The notes: a model not told the origin generated them from the letters alone. DNA of 64,000 nt from Octopus sinensis (GCF_006345805.1 NC_042999.1:59334001-59398000); one strand, 5' to 3'; positions 1 to 13,327 are shown, counted from the stretch's first letter. A program made the numbers and translations.

Positions 1-1209
1 CATAATGCAATGGTGCACGTTTCATGAATTTACATCACTATAATACCAATGTTTACTACTAGACATTCTAAGCCCACTTTCACTTAAACATGTTTCTGCA
101 TATCTTTAATCTGTCTTCTTGTTATTTTAGGCAAGCTTTACATTCAAATTGCCACTATAAGGTTGTAGCGAGAACGGTAGACCGAATCTGTTATTCTGTT
201 TAACTGCAACAGCTAACCCTCGTGCGTCTTTAATGGTCACCGATTTCTTGCTAGCATTCCAGCCCTGTATCCTGGTAGAGACTTCCTTATTTGTTTCGCT
301 AGTCACGGGGGTCTGAGAAGAGATGTCATGGTCGCTGCTCCTTCTACTACAGATGACTAAGCAATTGCAAAGGCCATATAACGGTAGTCTTCTTGTCCTA
401 TTACCCAAAACCATATTAAGATAAACAATAATTATTTTAGGAAATCATTTAAACTACAGAATTTTACGACCATATTATCAGCAAATTAAAATTTCCATTT
501 GACTTTGTACACATCGATACAAAAGAAATATGTTTTAAACCATTTCCCAGATGAATTTTAATAGACCAAGTGGATCTATTAATTGATAACAGTTTCGAGT
601 TCTTCGATTCAGTAATCGAACTATGGATGGACACCTTCCTAGACAATCTTTATTTCCATTCAATATCGCTTTCTATTAGAAATAATCGTTTTATCTTCGT
701 AAAACTGTAATCGCTATTTTTCTATAAACCAAAATCTTATTTTCGTTATTAATGTATAGTGAAGAAAGCATCATTATCTGTAATTGCTTTCGAAAGAAAG
801 AACAGGAAAAAAGAGAAGAAATCTTTTAACAGCAGCAAGCTATCTTGCTGTGAGAGTGTATGTAGAAATATCTGATTTGTGAAACAAAAATAGAATAAAA
901 TAAAATGTAGAGTTAATTACTATTTTAAAGAAAGGCATATTTGAAAACCTAGTTTGAATTACACACATTAACGCTTTCAATATGAAAACTCTATTCTCTG
1001 CAATGCTATTCCCAGGTTGATGTTATTCATAATTGTATAAAAATAACATATTATTGCAGACACGAAACACTCAGGTTAGCTTTTCTTATGATTGGAAGTG
1101 AAAAACAAAAACGCTGTCAGCGGAATGATTAGAGATGGATAGAAAAGTGCATTACAACAAAGAACGCTCGATAGCAAGATACTGGTACATACATACATAC
1201 GGGTATATA

Positions 1210-1278
<69 letters not shown>

Positions 1279-1852
1279 TATATATGGGGAAATAGAAAGA
1301 GATTAGGAGAATTAAAGTTGAGATTGATATTTAAAGTACGCGATGTATCATTGTGAAGATCCTAAAAGTTTCCGCGCAGAATGAGTTAATGCATAAAACG
1401 ATTTAAATGAATTTTTGGTGGTAGTATTAAGAAAATGAATATTTAATGGCAGTATTAAGAAAACATGGGCAAGATACTTTAGTGACTCATACTTTTTTGT
1501 GAGAATACAATCTCTTAAAATGCTTCGGGGTCGAAGAGGTGAGAATGGGATTGTATAAAGATATAACAGTGAAAACTTTCTAAACCACTCCTTAGCCTGT
1601 TTTGTTTTGTTTCTTATAAAGAATTTACATTGTATAATACAATTATGTGGTTCGAATGTCTTTAATCATAACGTCTGGTAGCACGATCTGATTCTCAATA
1701 AGAGTAAAAACAACAACAACAACAATAACAATAACAGCAACGACAACAACATCAACAAAAGCATCTCATGTTGTCATTATCATAGTTATTGCCATTAAAT
1801 AATTATTTTATGAATATTCAAGTGCTCGTCATGCTAGGAATGGTGAACAGAA

Positions 1853-2083
1853 GGCGGCGAGCTGGCAGAAACGTTAGCACGCCGGACAAAATGCGTAGCT
1901 GTATTTCGTATGTCGCTACGTTGTGAGTTCAAATTCCGCCGAGGTCGACTATGCCTTTCATCCTTTCGGGGTCGATAAATTAAGTACCAGTTATGCCTTG
2001 GGGTCAATATAATCGACTTAATCCGTTTGTCTGTCCTTGTTTGACCCCTCTGTGTTTAGCCCCTTGTGGGTAATAAAGAAATA
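1853..2083 (+). mobile_element. tRNA-derived SINE, family A (full length)
   Basis: Head ggcggcgagctggcagaaacgttagc with B-box-like gagttcaaattcc. Centre gcctttcatcctttcggggtcgataaattaagtaccag resembles the Nin/Deu SINE domain (inference). Tail tgtccttgtttg...cccttgtgggtaataaagaaata. Many near-identical copies occur in the window. Confidence 0.9.
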
Positions 2084-2495
2084 GGTTCCGAGTTCAGTCC
2101 CACTGTGTGGCATCTTGGGCAGCTGCTTTTTTTTTTATATACCCTGCCGACTAAAGCCTTGTGAGAAGACTTAATGGTGGAGGGAAACTTATAGAAGCCC
2201 ATCGTATATATTCATATATATTTATAAATATTTATTTGTGCGTGTGCGTGCGTGTGTGTGTGTGAGTGTGAGCATGCTTGTGTGTCTTTATATGTGTGTT
2301 TGCTCCGATCACTACCTGATAACTGTTGTCTGTTGTGTTTACGTCCCTGTAACCTAGCGATTTAGCAAACGACACCGATAGAATATGTACCAGGGTCTTC
2401 AAAATATAAGGACTAGGGCATTCACTCATGAAAATTCCTTAAAACGATGACCCACCATGGAGGCAGTCTAATGCCTGAAACAACTAAAAGATAAA
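2084..2495 (+). mobile_element. Older, diverged SINE family B copy (5' truncated)
   Basis: Degenerate match to family B: gttcagtcccactg, internal (TA)/(TG) tract, tail gcagtctaatgcctgaaacaa. Confidence 0.65.
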
Positions 2496-2619
2496 CATAC
2501 ACATAAACAAAGGCGTAGATCTGGCAGGGTCGTTAGCAAGCTGGGCGAAATGCTTACCGGTATTTCGTCTGTCTTTATGTTCTGAGTTCAAATACCGCCG
2601 AGGACGACTTTGCCTTTAA

Positions 2620-3024
2620 GGCGCAGGAGTGGCTGTGTGGTAAGTAGCTTGCTTACTAACCAAATGTTTTCGGGTTCATTCCCACCGCGTGGCACCTTGG
2701 GCAAGTGTCTTCTACTATAGCCTCTAGCCGAACAAAGCCTTGTAAGTGGATTTGGTAGATGGAGACTGAAAGAAGCCCGTCGCATATATGTATATATCAT
2801 TTATGTATTTATATGTTTGTGTGTCTGTGTTTGTCCCCCAACATCGCTTGACAACCGATGGTCGTGCGTTTACGTCCCCGTAACATAGCTGTTCGGCAAA
2901 AGAGACCGATAGAATAAGTACTAGGCTTATAAAGAATAAGTCCTGGGGTCAATTTGCTCGACTAAAGGTGGTGCTCCAGCATGGCCGCAGTCAAATGTCT
3001 GAAGCAAGTAAAAGAGTAAAAGAG
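2620..3024 (+). mobile_element. tRNA-derived SINE, family B (full length, internal microsatellite), following a family A head (2515-2619)
   Basis: Head ggcgcaggagtggctgtgtggtaagtagcttgc, CORE-like caccttgggcaagtgtc, internal (TA)n(TG)n, tail ctccagcatggccgcagtcaaatg...aagtaaaagagtaaaagag. Confidence 0.9.
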
Positions 3025-4205
3025 AATAAACACACACACACACGCAGAGAGCTTTCACACACACACGGCTTCCCCACACACACACGGCTTCCCCACACAC
3101 ACACGGGCGCACCTTCTACTGATTTTGTCCATCAAACTCATTCACAAGGCACCGTGTCGGCCGAAGACAATAGCAGAAGACTCTTGTGTAAGATCTCGCG
3201 CAATGGGAGTGAACTCGAAACCAAGTGGTTGCAAAGCGTGATCCTTACCTACCTGACCATTCTTGCAGACACTGTTGAAGAATTTATTGATAAGACTTAC
3301 TGATTTGTAGCACTAACCCCACTCGTCTGCCTTACGTGGCATATCGCATAGTATGATGAAGTTGTTATCCTGTCAGACTTAGGCGCTATCACATTTCTGT
3401 CAGTAGTTCATGATAATGATATCATTTACATTATACAGAACTCCAACTTTGCCATATATTTATTTACACCATTTTTTGGCACGGAACGGGTAGTTAGACG
3501 TAACATAAGTCATTGTTTTTCAAGAACTCAACAGCTTTCCTCGTATCTCGGGAGGGTTTTTATAGCAATGATAAACACATACACTGGTTCCATTTCACTT
3601 CTTTCAAAAATTATTATTTGTAACTAACTACTAATACTAAAAAACAAAAATGGAATAGTATTAGTGTGTGTGTGTGTGTGTGCTTGTTAATTATTAGTAT
3701 AAAGATGCTCGCATGATAGAAGAAACATATGTTTGCAAACCTAAATACAAAAACTCAAGACGTTATACAATTTCTGTTTCTGCTTCATTATATATTATTG
3801 TCAAATTCTTTGAGGTATAATAAAAGCTGAAATTCTATCCTCAGCTTTCAGTTTTGGGCTTTGATGCCAATGATGAGATTGTTCAGATTATTATTTATAC
3901 GTTTCTCATTTACTAAGTCTCATCAAATATTATCTGTGGAGGGGTTTATCTTGACTCCATTTGAACCACGTTATGTCATACATATATCTGTATATCTACA
4001 TATATAAGTTTAAAATAGAATAAAATCTTTATAAGGATTTATCAAGTAATCAGCGTGAAAAACCCCATAAGGGAAAATTATAATTATTCCCTTTAAATAT
4101 ATTTATTTATATTAAGGTCAATACTACACATAAATACCTCACCCTATGAGGGACTCTTAAAGTTTTGACTTGAGGCCTTTATGTGTAGTAATGCCCTTAA
4201 TATAA

Positions 4206-4248
<43 letters not shown>

Positions 4249-4435
4249 CACCCAGCCCAAATATATACATATATATATGTACGTGTGTGTATGTATGTGT
4301 GTATGTATGTATGTATGTATGTATGCGTGTATATATATGTGTGTGTGTATATATGTATATTTATATATGTATATATATATATGTGTGTGTGTATATATGT
4401 ATATATTTATATATATGTATGTATATATATATACG

Positions 4436-4515
<80 letters not shown>

Positions 4516-4518
<3 letters not shown>

Positions 4519-4713
4519 CGGAGATGTATTTTCAAAGCAAGTGACCTGATCTGAGATCGTGTGCTGGAACGAAAGCAATTGCAGCGTGGAAGGTGTGTAT
4601 AAGCCATTTAAGAAACACACAAAAGCCGTTAGATTCACTTCAACATATATAAATTTAATTTGTCAAAATATTTTCGTCGCTTTGAGACCGCGACCTGTTC
4701 ACTGACAAAACCC
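4516..4713 (-). mobile_element. Small (TA)n-associated non-autonomous repeat carrying a variant hammerhead motif
   Basis: Begins at a (TA)n edge. The same family recurs at 9755-9832 (ttacggagatg...gcgtggaagg) and, inverted, at 10362-10403. Confidence 0.75.
4659..4709 (-). ncRNA. Minimal type I hammerhead ribozyme motif, G3-C8 core variant
   Basis: Minus strand: tttgtca | GTGAACA | g | gtcgc ggtctcaaa gcgac | GAA | aatatt | t | tgacaaa. Helix I is 7 bp perfect, helix II 5 bp perfect, helix III a palindrome. Confidence 0.7.
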
Positions 4714-4873
4714 ATACAAATACATGCGTATATATACTATTAATACATATATTCACTCATATATATATATACGAGGCCAATCCGATTATTCATTTCAACC
4801 ACGTACCTATTTGATCAAGATAATACCGCAGTAAATATCAAGATCGGAGTGAATAAAGAAATATATATTCATA

Positions 4874-5219
4874 CATAAAAACCGTTAATGATCTTATCAG
4901 TGGGCAGCATGTAATAAGATCCATATAGATAAAATTTAATATAGATATGTCATTATAGAGAAATAATTATAATTAATTATGCTAATGTAATTGAAGTGAT
5001 TTTAGAGTTATTTGTCGCGTACCTCTAGCATGTAGGTGCTGTTTCGCATAAAAACCGTTAATGATCTTATCAGTGGGCAGCATGTAATAAGATCCATATA
5101 GATAAAATTTAATATAGATATGTCATTATAGAGAAATAATTATAATTAATTATGCTAATGTAATTGAAGTGATTTTAGAGTTATTTGTCGCGTACCTCTA
5201 GCATGTAGGTGCTGTTTCG
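4874..5219. repeat. Exact tandem duplication, 2 x 173 bp
   Basis: cataaaaaccgttaatg...taggtgctgtttcg at 4874-5046 and 5047-5219; no differences seen. Confidence 0.9.
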
Positions 5220-5265
5220 CAGCACCCTTAATTATAATTATATCTATATAATTATATATCTAAAA

Positions 5266-5493
5266 GGCGGCGAGCTGGCAGAAACGTTAGCACGCCGGGC
5301 GAAATGCGTTGCCGTATTTCGTCTGCCGTTACGTTCCGAGTTCAAATTCCGCCGAGGTCGACTTTGCCTTTCATCCTTCCGGGGTCGATAAATTAAGTAC
5401 CAGTTACGCACTGGGGTCGATATAATCGACTTAATCCGTTTGTCTGTCCTTGTTTGTCTCCTCTGTGTTTAGCCCCTTGTGGGTAGTAAAGAA
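5266..5493 (+). mobile_element. SINE family A (full length)
   Basis: Near-identical to 1853-2083. Confidence 0.9.
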
Positions 5494-5534
5494 TATATAA
5501 TTATATATCTACGTATTAATATATGTATGTATAA

Positions 5535-5600
<66 letters not shown>

Positions 5601-5611
5601 TCACATATACG

Positions 5612-5674
<63 letters not shown>

Positions 5675-5891
5675 TATATACATACATATACTCTTACATA
5701 GATATATATACTTACATAAATATGTATTTATGTATATATATATATATATATATTTTATATTATATTGAGGGTACTACTAATCGTAGATACCAACACGCTA
5801 AGAGGGACCAATGCGGTCAAAACTACTAAAAATAAACAAAATTTTACCGAATGCAAAACTTCAAAACACATCATTTTAAAAAAAGAATTCA

Positions 5892-5955
5892 GTTACATAT
5901 CACATGTGATTTCGCATTTAATGCAGAATATGCATTTCATGTTCATCAGTGCAAC
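5892..5955 (-). ncRNA. Type I hammerhead ribozyme motif, canonical C3-G8 core
   Basis: Minus strand: gttgca | CTGATGA | acat gaaatgca tattc tgcattaa atgc | GAA | atcacatgtgat | a | tgtaac. Helix I is 6 bp (one G.U) and helix III a 12-nt palindrome. Helix II is extended, with an A.C mismatch at 10.1-11.1. Confidence 0.75.
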
Positions 5956-6363
5956 AAACTCAAGAAATATAAGAGAAAACATAACATTACAAGCTCGATA
6001 GCCAACCGTAGAATTCATCGTAGCATATACGAATGTTTATCTTTACATATCTATGAAAATGGCGGGCTTATTCGCCCTTATATATTTATATCCTCGTTTA
6101 CTATTTAGCATTTGCGTTTTTAATATTTTCTGATAACTTTCTGTGATGTAAACTTTGCTTGTCTTGTGCATCATATCTGATACTCTAGGGATACGTCCCT
6201 GCCGTCCATGCATCATATACGAAGTGCACTCCAAATATCTTGAAACGTTTTTTAGAAGAGAGATTTATAAATATCTCAGATGAATGTAACTTCATTCCGC
6301 AATTAATATACATGAATTAAGTTGTCCTGCCAGCTTTTATTATTCCACACTAAAGTAGATGCC

Positions 6364-7076
6364 TGTACTGGTACATTGAACACACCTTAGTAACCACTGA
6401 TTGTCACTGCCGATAAATATGCGGAATGAAGTCAGGACGTGAAGACAATCTGGAAGCTCGTTATACAAAGAGGTTTTGTGTTGAAATTGGCAAAGACCCT
6501 ATGGAAACATGAAATGCTCCAAACTACTTATAGATGAACTTTTATGAATCGGGCATCTGTTTTCGTTGGTAAAAGAAACTAGGTAAAGCAAGTCCACCAG
6601 GAATCTCATGATTATCCCTTTCTTCGACCGCAAGGATATCAACTATACTGTCAGGGCCGTCTCTGGTCAATGCTCAACAAAAAGTACTTTGTGGAAATTT
6701 TGAGAGATTTCAAGATGAGATTTCGTTGCAGAAGCCCGGACACTAGCACCAGGACAATGCACCAGTCCATATCCTGGTAACCGACTACTTGGCAGAGATG
6801 GGCATTAAAACTTTCCCTTGCTTTCCTTACAGTCCAGACCTTGCTCCCTGTGACTCTTTGGTTGTTCCCCAAGCTAAAGAATTTGAAGAAGGCCGTGACA
6901 AATATGCTGGGCACCTTCATTTTGGAGGACATTCATTAGGCCTTCACAAGGAAGCTGGAGTGCTTCAACAAGTTCACTGACGATAGAGGTTCCTGCTCTG
7001 AAGGAGATTAGAGTTTTGGACTTCTTTGAAATTTCTAAATATCTTCCATGAAAAAGCATCCAATGCACCTTGTATA
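6364..7076 (+). mobile_element. Decayed, internally deleted mariner transposon
   Basis: Remnant peptides RYTKRFCVEIGK, HQDNAPVH and PYSPDLAPCD; degenerate TIRs ending atgcaccttgtata. Confidence 0.8.
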
Positions 7077-7699
7077 ATACAGCTTTTGATTTTTTTTTCC
7101 AACTACCAGGTTAAATTGGTATCCATGAAAGCGAACCTTTATATTACTAAGAATCTATGGCACAAGGTATAACTAAAAGCCTGAAATCAAGCATTGATGT
7201 TAAGGACAAACCTAAGAAAATAATTTGAGTAGGCAACATGGCTAACAGTTTTGACGGGAGGTGATTAGTCGATACTATAACTCCCAGTACTTCACTGGTA
7301 TTATATTTTATAGGCACCGGAGAGACCAATGCCAAAGTTGACTTCAGCAAGACTTGAACTATGAACGTAAAGGAAGGTAACGAAATAATGGTTTCAGATT
7401 TTGTCACAAGACCAGCAAGTTGGATGGAATGATTAAGTCGATTTCACAGACGTCAGTACTCGAATAGTAAATATTTCTTCCACTCCGAATGGTTGAAATG
7501 CAGAGTGGACCTCAGAGGAATTGGAACTCAGAAGCCGCAAATGAATAATGCAAGATATTTCTTCCGACACTCTAACGATTCTACCAGCCAGTTGGTTGCC
7601 TCTAATGATTTCTTGTAATGTTTCTCCCCACTCCCACCTCACCCTTCCTGTTTCTCTTTCCTCTATTTTTTTAAAACAGTCTTAGTTTCATTGCAGAAA

Positions 7700-8500
7700 G
7701 AACGTTTTGTTGATATTTCGGAACTCTTTCAATTAGTTACCTTTATTCTTCAATAGAATGCTTGCTTTTTTTTTATTTTTAGTCTTCTGTAGATATTTCA
7801 TAATATCTTTCTAATTATAGAATTTTCCTATCTCTATGTATCCGTAGTAATTATAAAACTTTCTCTCGGAATTTGAGCGTTGCACATATTCTAAATGCAA
7901 ACATTATTTTTCTCGTTTTCCTGTCTAGTCTCGTTAATTGACTAAGTCTCCAGTTGGATATATAAGTATAACTTATTACTGAAACAGCTAAAGTACTGAT
8001 AACAATTTAATTATTTATTAGCATCGAGCATTGTTGTAGGGATTAATTCAATGTGTTTATTGCATTCCTTGCTAAACTTTTTTCTGTCATTCATCCGCTA
8101 AACCTAATCTCTTGTTCATGAATGTCTAAAAACTTGTAATTCTGTGATTAGTATAACTCTTTTATCTCTTTTCTTTATCTAGCATAATATTAGTGTCCCA
8201 AATTAATTTTCCATCTTCAAGGTTACTTTGGCGTATTTTTCTAACCGAATTTTACAAACTTTTCTCCAGAGAATCCGAGTAATGTCTGTAACAGTATTTC
8301 CAGATGTTTCTAACATCGACAGCGTAAGATATAAGTTCATCCAGATGAAAAAGAAGAGAAAATTGTTGATTATTTTGGCATAGTACTCGGATCCTGAACC
8401 TTATATGCTAAAAGTGTTAAGACCGGTTAGAAACGAATGAGGAAGGAAATCCCTTTAGAGGCTTCTACTTCTAATAGAGTTCTGAACTGTTTTAATAATT
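7700..8500 (-). mobile_element. Decayed R4/Dong-like non-LTR retrotransposon, reverse transcriptase region
   Basis: Hand translation with stops and frameshifts: LDELISYA (YMDDLKLYA-like), FGLEKYAKVTLK, NYKFLDIHE, STLAVSVISY, WRLSQLTRLDRKTRKIM. Confidence 0.7.
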
Positions 8501-9104
8501 AACTCCATTGTTTAATGAGTTGAAAGAATTTGTAGCGGAGAAAGCGCCGTCGGTACGTGGCTTGTAATGGAGAGATCAGGTACGACATCCAAGAAATTAA
8601 GTCATAGATAACTAGGAACATTGTGTGTCTTATAACTTGGATTGCCTTTGCCAAACGAACATCTTAATTGTGTTGCATGACAACGCCGGAGCTTTCATCC
8701 ATACACATGCTTTCACGTCTGGTATACCTCAATGTTGACCTTCATAATACTGATTATCTATTCACAGTCATTTCTAGCCTGATACATTCCTATCCATATA
8801 ATGCCAACCTTTACTGGTTCTAACCTCCCCATCACTAGATAACGCCCGTATGCTTGAATATTCCTGACGAAGAAGGATTTGTCAAAAATGTGCATAGTCA
8901 TTATCTGACAATCAAATTTGTTTGTAATTACACAAAGCATCATGTTAGACGACAGTCTTTTCCGGATTCTTTCGGTTCATGAATGACTATAAGTGAAAGC
9001 TTGTAATGCGTGTATGCTTACATGTTTAAAAACATGCGCGAATGCGCCCGTAATATGTGAGTGTGCGCACACACACATAGATGAATAAATAGAAAATACA
9101 CATA

Positions 9105-9370
9105 CTCTCTTTTACTCTTTTACTTGTTTCAGTCATTTGATTGCGGCCATGCTGGAGCATCGCCTTTAGACGAGCAAATCGCCCCCAGGACTTATTCTTT
9201 GCAAGCCTAGTACTTATTATATTGGTCTCTTTGGCAGAACTGCTTGGTTACGGGGACGTAAACACACCACCATCGGTTATCAAGCGATGTTGGGGGGACA
9301 AACACAGACACAAACCTATACACAAACACATACACACACACACACACACATATGTATGTATATATATATA

Positions 9371-9418
<48 letters not shown>

Positions 9419-9578
9419 GGCGAGTTTCTTTCTGTTTCCGTCTACTAAATCTACTCACAAGGTTTTGGTCGCCCGAGGCTATGGTAGAAGACACTTGCCC
9501 AAGGTGACACGCAGTGGGACTGAACGCGGAATCATGTGGCTGGTAAGATAGCTACTTACCACACTGCCACTCCTATGC
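9105..9578 (-). mobile_element. SINE family B (full length)
   Basis: Reverse complement of family B with internal (TA)n. A 5' half lies at 9833-9988 (-) and a 3' half at 10410-10635 (+). Confidence 0.88.
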
Positions 9579-9642
9579 CTATATATACATATATACACAT
9601 AGATATACATATATGTCTATAAATAAATATATATACATTTAG

Positions 9643-9693
<51 letters not shown>

Positions 9694-11427
9694 TTATGTG
9701 TTCATGTGCATGTGTATGAGCATGTGTATGTATATATATATATATATATATATATTACGGAGATGTGCTCGCATAGCAAGTAATTTGATCTGAGATCGTG
9801 TGCTGAAACGAAAACAATTGCAGCGTGGAAGGCTTCTTTCTGTTTCCGTCTACCAAATCCACTCACAAGGCTTTGGTTGGCCCGAGGCTATAGTAGAAGA
9901 CATTTGCCCAAGGTGCCACGCTGTGGGAATGAACCCGGAACCATGTGGTTGGTAAGAAAGCTTCTTACCACACAGCCACTCCTGCGCCTTTAAACAACAA
10001 ATTTTCAAAGTAATTGACGTATAAAAAACTTCAAAGAAAAAAGGAGACATTCCTTTCTGGAGCTACAGCTAAAATGACCAGCAATATCTATCCTAAATAA
10101 CAGTCTACCATCATAAAAAGAACCTATCAGGTAGCAGTGACATATATACTATATATACTATGGCTGAAAACCATGTGGTGATTACCATTGGAATGTTCTT
10201 AACCATAAATATACTGACACAGGACTATCCTATGGTTATATAAAGTCGTCACTGAGGCATATACGTACACATATGTACATGCATATAATATTTATATAGA
10301 CATACACACATATTATGTATATATATATAATATAGATATTATATATATATATATATATATATACCAGATGCAGCACGGATTTTTGTCAGTGAACAGGTCG
10401 CGGATTTTATATATGTGTGTGTGTGTGTGTGTGTGTATCTGTGTGTCTGTGTTTGTCCCCCCAACATCGTTTGACAACCGATGCTGGTGTGTTTACATCC
10501 CCGTAATCTAGCGGTTCGGCAAAAAATTCCGATAGAATAAGTACTAGGCTTACAAAGAATAAGTCCTGGGGTCGATTTGCTCGGCTAAAGGCAGTGCTCC
10601 AGCATAGCTGCAGTCAAATGACTGAAACAAGTTAAAGGGATTCAAGATATGACTAATGTAAATAAAGGCAATTTTAATGCAGGTAACTGTATAATGTACG
10701 TCCGTATATAAAATAAATTTTTAAAAGAAGATTGTTATGCCTTTACCAAAACATGCTTGGCCATTAAAAATAAATGGAATCAGTTCAAATCTAAAATGAA
10801 AAGTTCCTTGCAAACTTGATTGCAAACTACTCTATAATTTGCAACATTATAAACTCTTTAGCATTTGAAGAAGAAAAAAATACTAACAAACAGAGAAATT
10901 GAATATGATCTCAAGTATATCTAACGGCGACAGTTAGTAAGAGAAAAATGTTGATATTTATAAGCAATCCCAACAATTTTTACTGTTTGTTTGCCTTGAG
11001 AAAGACTAACGATCTAACATTTCCGGCACGGTAATTTCTGAAATAAAACGTTCAAACATCACGAAATATGTAGACAGAAATCTTAAGCTACTTTTACAGT
11101 ATCCGCGAGAAAAAGGAAGCGATTCTACCTAGCAGGTAATGACAGAAATTCTGAATAGCAACTACACTGAGTTAAATTCCTTACCTTGAAAGGAATAAAC
11201 ATGCGCATACATATATTATTAAAAAAAAAAACACAAACACACACAGACACGTAGGCACACACACATATGCGCATACACGTATAATGTTTGAGTGTAGATA
11301 TGTATTGATTTCCAGTTAAGGAATGTAACTCTCTCCTCTCTCTATATATATATACATGCAACACACACACACACACAGATATGTATGTATATATATATGT
11401 ATATACACACAGAGAAAGATAGATAAT

Positions 11428-11534
<107 letters not shown>

Positions 11535-11538
11535 CAGA

Positions 11539-11709
11539 AACCAACCACATGATTCCGGGTTCATTCCCAATGCGTGGCACTTTGGACAAGTGTCTTCTAC
11601 TATAGCCTTGTGCCGACCAAAGCCTTGTGAGTGGATTTGGTGGACAGAAACTGAAAGAAGCCTGTCGGTATATATGTATATATATTATAGATATATTATA
11701 TATATAATA

Positions 11710-11762
<53 letters not shown>

Positions 11763-12040
11763 TAGATATATATATATATATGTATGTATGGATGTATGAT
11801 GTATGTATGTATGTATGTATGTATGTATGTACGATGTATGTGTGTGCATAGTTTGTGTGTCTGTGTTTGTCCCCCCAACATCGCTTGACAACCAATGCAG
11901 GTGTGTTTACGTCTCCGTAACTTAGCGGTTCGGCAAAACAGTCCGATAGAATAAGTCCTGGTGTCGATATGTTCGACTAAAGGCCGTGTCCCAGCATGGC
12001 CGCAGTCAAATGACTGAAACAAATAAAAGAGAGAGTAAAA
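11539..12040 (+). mobile_element. SINE family B (slightly 5' truncated), after a (GATA)n tract
   Basis: aaccaaccacatgattccgggttc...aaatgactgaaacaaataaaagag. Confidence 0.85.
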
Positions 12041-12446
12041 TAGTGTCAATAAACAAAAAGAAAGAAGGATGGATGGATGGATGGATGGATGGATACGTGT
12101 AGATTCGTATGTTTTGATTTATGTATGTATTCTCATGCACATCGTAGCATATCTAGACATGATTATAGCGGTTTTCCGTTCTGTTCCTCGATCGTGTTGT
12201 TGCTGATGTTGTTTCCAGCCATGTTATTTGTTGTAACTCTCTGCATAGTAAATTCAAGTTTCAGTCGATCATGAATAAAAACCTCCTTCAGTTAATTCAT
12301 CTGAAGATTACCCATTTATTTAACAAGGCTGATAGTTGTGGCTCCAAAGTTAGAGGTAGTATTCGTCGTACCTTCGATATATAGTCTCCCACGCCAAACA
12401 CGCGACTTGTCATTTCAAGTTGATAGAGTTATGTACGTATGTATGT

Positions 12447-12745
12447 AAAGCGAGATAGATGAGTGACAACCTGGCCACTGGTGGTGGTGTTACACACCAT
12501 ACTAATCATATCTGCCTGGCATGTGGAAGAGAGTGTAATTCGGCAGGTGGACTTAAACGACATGCAAAGGTACATGAAGCCCAGTTACAACTACAGCCGA
12601 CTATTACCGATAAAGGTTTTAGCTGCCAATTCTGTACAAGACATTGTAGATCTTTAGCTGGGCTAGAAAGTCACATTCGATCACAGCACCAATAACAGTT
12701 AAGCTTCGTGCAATGACCATACTGATAACGAGGGGACAGCCATCA
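12447..12745 (+). mobile_element. 5'-truncated LINE (probably RTE clade), 3' end encoding two C2H2 zinc fingers
   Basis: ORF 12459-12695: CLACGRECNSAGGLKRHAKVH and CQFCTRHCRSLAGLESHIRSQH, with no TGEKP linker. A short 3' UTR (gaccatactgataacgaggggacagccatca) runs into a (TGTA)n tail, and tatg repeats also lie on the left flank. Confidence 0.65.
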
Positions 12746-13275
12746 TGTATGTATGTATGTATGATGTATGTATGTATGTATGTATGTATGTATGTATGTA
12801 TGTATGTATGTATGTGTGTATGTATGTATGTATGTGTGTATGTATGTATATATGTATGTATGTGTGAGACGAGCATGTGCACAGTTTCCATTCTACTGGT
12901 GAGAAACTTGCCATGTTGTTCCATTGAACTCGGACGATGTGTTTGTGAAACGAAATTTTCTGCCAAACCGCCATGACTGCGCCATATTGCAAAATATTTC
13001 TATAGCATACATTTGTGAAGTCTGGGTAGCGACATTAAATAACTATTGTGAAAAGGAAGGTTGAAATATTTCCGGCAGCACAACCTTAATTAAAGCAAGA
13101 TATTTCAGCAATGTATCAGAAACATCAATATATTCTATGATGTCTCTGTATGTGTGTATATGTGTGTATGCTTACAAATAAACAGGCATTGATGTGTACA
13201 CCCACGTGTATGTGTTTGTGTGTTTACATTTGCATATGTACGTGTACATATATATATATATATCTTCATATATAT

Positions 13276-13327
<52 letters not shown>

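Noticed and set aside
127-730. Possible minus-strand exons near the window start
   Set aside because: Frames are interrupted by stops, with no recognisable domain or consistent splice phases.
1853-1945. tRNA genes at SINE heads
   Set aside because: Only A/B-box-like remnants with no complete cloverleaf, continuing into SINE bodies.
3890-3935. UUGAUGA...GAAACGUA on the minus strand
   Set aside because: Helix III palindrome is present, but helices I and II do not form.
12459-12695. Host C2H2 zinc-finger gene
   Set aside because: A stop lies directly upstream, there is no TGEKP linker, and a LINE-like UTR and microsatellite tail follow; treated as a LINE tip.
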